From a virus (taxonomy: Duplodnaviria > Caudoviricetes), in IMG/VR virus record IMGVR_UViG_3300037484_000565, positions 1 to 61,374 of that record: a stretch of 61,374 bases of DNA. One strand, 5' to 3'. Shown in pieces: positions 59,565 to 61,374 of the stretch. Within the stretch, counting starts at the first letter, position 1. Each line of letters opens with the position of its first letter. The notes below the pieces were generated by a model. It had not been told where the DNA came from. It did no database searches and saw only the letters and a program-made list of their open reading frames with translations. The position numbers and the translations under genes were made by a program.

Positions 59565-59785
59565 GAAATCGCTAAGAGGGCGTGAATTCTCGTGACCCGC
59601 TCTGCTCTGTAGTGACGTTTCCGCCGGAACCGGAATTCTCCTCGTACAAACGTCTGTAAATCGCTAAGTCCTTGTCATTTAAGCGGGATTTTTCAAATGG
59701 AGAGGGGAGGATTCGAACCACCACGCGCACCCGTAACGTGTTTCACGTGAAACACTTAAAAATCACGTCTAAGGGGCCGCTAAGA
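59558..59785. other. attP-like site: tRNA 3'-end core (59698-59719) flanked by arm-type direct repeats
   Basis: Minus strand GGTTCGAATCCTCCCCTCTCCA; CGTCTAAG-N4-CGCTAAGA at 59558 and 59766. Confidence 0.75.
59739..59754. promoter_or_regulatory. parS: parS consensus palindrome
   Basis: TGTTTCACGTGAAACA, 16/16 match to the canonical chromosomal parS. Confidence 0.65.
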
Positions 59786-59934
59786 AAGAGCCACATTATA
59801 AGGCGAAAAGTGCACGACACGGCGTGTCGTAAATCACGACATCCCATGTCGTCGCTGTCCGGGCCGAGACCGGTACGTCGGATGTGCCTTTTGGTACGTC
59901 CGATGTACCACTCTCCCGCTCACGGGCATCCACC

Positions 59935-60127
59935 GATTTGTCCCATTTCGGGACAACTTGTCCCATCTTCGTCCCGTTTTCGGGACAAATCGCCAAACCA
60001 GCGATGTTCCACTGGAGGCACAGGTGTACCTGTAGCGGAACACCCCACCCACGGTCTCTCCATGCTCCCCCGCGTTCCACCTCCGGAGGCCTGGACAAAC
60101 TCTGTCCATTTTGGACAAGGCCTGTCC
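59935..60127. repeat. Cluster of TGTCC/GGACA inverted repeats
   Basis: TTGTCCCATTTCGGGACAA, GTCCCGTTTTCGGGAC, TGTCCATTTTGGACA and flanking half-sites. Confidence 0.6.
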
Positions 60128-60230
60128 AGAAGATTCTTAAGATTCTGTCTCTGAATGACTTGACTTCCGTCTCAGAAGATCGATGTAGTGTCATGGTCAA
60201 GATACAACCCTTGGCCAGAGAGGACTTAAG

Positions 60231-60875
60231 ATGAAACTCAAACTCACCCCCAACCCCGGAACGGGAAGCCCGGTGATCGTGAAAATCGGGCGCCGCAAGG
60301 CAAAACCGCTGGATGAACTGGCGAAGGAACACGGCCTTATCGGCCAGGAACCTCAGGTCGATGTGGCCGGGGAAATGCTGGACGGCTGGATCACCGAGGA
60401 GGAAACTCGCCTTGGGACGCTGGATCTGGATGCCCTGATCGCCGAGCATCAGCGCTCCACCGGTCGGAAGACGCGATCGGTCAACCGGAAAGTCATCACC
60501 GCCGGGATCCTCAAGCATCTCCGCGAGCAGGCCCGTCCGGATCCGGAGAAGCCCGAGGCCGCCAAGTCGCGTAAACAGCCGAAGCCTGCGAAGCGCCAGG
60601 TCACGGTCCCAGAGGAAGCGAATGCGGCGCCCAATGTCGCGCCCAAGGAGCCTATGCGCGCGCGCGATCCCCGGATCCCTGCGGTCGGATTGATGATCGA
60701 GCGCCTTTACAAGGGCAAGACGCTCCTGGTCATGGTCCTCGATGATGGCTTCGAGTACGAGGGCAAGCCGTACCGCTCACTTTCGGCCCTGGCCCAAGCC
60801 ATCACCGGCGCCAAGGCGATCAATGGTCACCTGTTCTTTCGGCTTGGGAAGTATGCAAAGACGCAGACGGTCTGA
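60231..60875 (+). CDS. DUF2924-like protein
   Basis: RDPRIP..G..IERLYKG..V.V..DGFEYEGK.YRSLSA.A..ITG...NG..FF.L; GAGAGG RBS. Confidence 0.8.
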   Translation: MKLKLTPNPGTGSPVIVKIGRRKAKPLDELAKEHGLIGQEPQVDVAGEMLDGWITEEETRLGTLDLDALIAEHQRSTGRKTRSVNRKVITAGILKHLREQARPDPEKPEAAKSRKQPKPAKRQVTVPEEANAAPNVAPKEPMRARDPRIPAVGLMIERLYKGKTLLVMVLDDGFEYEGKPYRSLSALAQAITGAKAINGHLFFRLGKYAKTQTV

Positions 60876-60976
60876 TCATCACCGCGTGCCGGAGCTCCCG
60901 AGTACAAGTCTCGGCTCCGGCCCGCACCGACTCCACTCCACCCAGCGCACTAATTTCAGAATGAACCACCCCCGCG

Positions 60977-61374
60977 TTATTCTTCCTCGGCATCCGTCTT
61001 GCTGTACCCAGCCCGGCCATTATCCGGCAGGTAGATTCGAACACCGGTGTCCGCGCGGACGCCCTGGCCGGGCTTTGAGCCGTCCAACCCGATCAGATGT
61101 TCTTCGAGGCGGATGAGCCGATCGAGATCCGCCAACCGAGGCTTGACATCGCCGTTGACGATTGCCTTGGCCAGCCGCGTCAGCGCGGCCCGGACGATCT
61201 TCAGATTGCGCGCAGAGAGGTCGACCTGGTCGGCCAGATGCTTGTCGGCGAGCTGACGGGCGACCTCAGCGCGCCGCTCTTCAATCCGGCGCATCCAGCC
61301 GAACGATCGGCCCCAGAGTTTGATCGTGTCGAGATCGAGGCCAGCCTCTTGAGCTAGGAGACTATAGGTGCGGC
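60977..61374 (-). CDS. Second terminase small subunit-like protein, C-terminal part
   Basis: DLDRLIRLEEHLIG..GVRIYLPDNGR; joins the ORF starting at 306 (about 156 aa in total). Confidence 0.7.
   Translation of the reverse strand, partial: RTYSLLAQEAGLDLDTIKLWGRSFGWMRRIEERRAEVARQLADKHLADQVDLSARNLKIVRAALTRLAKAIVNGDVKPRLADLDRLIRLEEHLIGLDGSKPGQGVRADTGVRIYLPDNGRAGYSKTDAEEE

Larger units (their letters stand above)
107..61247. mobile_element. Complete temperate siphovirus-like phage genome (probably circular/excised form)
   Basis: Full set of integrase, repressor, replication, terminase, portal, capsid, tail and lysis genes; 127-nt end overlap; internal attP-like site; no host housekeeping genes. 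Confidence 0.9.

Noticed and set aside
1-61374. CRISPR array, diversity-generating retroelement, introns/inteins, IS elements
   Set aside because: No regularly spaced repeats, reverse transcriptase, adenine-specific TR/VR pair, transposase or intein motifs found by eye

Overview
The window is essentially one complete temperate, long-tailed (siphovirus-type) phage genome of about 61.1 kb, probably in its circular form. The last 127 nt are identical to 107-233, and an attP-like site (tRNA 3' end flanked by arm-type repeats) follows a tyrosine integrase. Almost all genes are on the minus strand. From about 56.6 kb leftwards they run: early/recombination genes with two tRNAs, a HerA-like ATPase, a dual-frame C5 methylase, ParB-SWIB, replication genes, terminase, portal, head fibres, head, a glycosylation cluster, a GTA-like tail tip, endolysin, an M6 protease-dockerin, a ParB-methylase and a second orphan terminase small subunit. 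The immunity genes, integrase and a DUF2924-like gene are on the plus strand. Main oddities: (1) three copies of a covarying, pseudoknot-capable RNA element in front of terL, the capsid genes and the tail tube gene; (2) a second TerS-like gene near attP with an unrelated DNA-binding head but the same C-terminal decapeptide VRIYLPDNGR as the resident TerS; (3) a C5 methyltransferase whose motifs are shared between two overlapping frames; (4) a perfect parS consensus beside attP; (5) a free-standing tRNA minihelix; (6) three paralogous Zn-finger proteins. Family names come from motif recognition only; no database searches were run.
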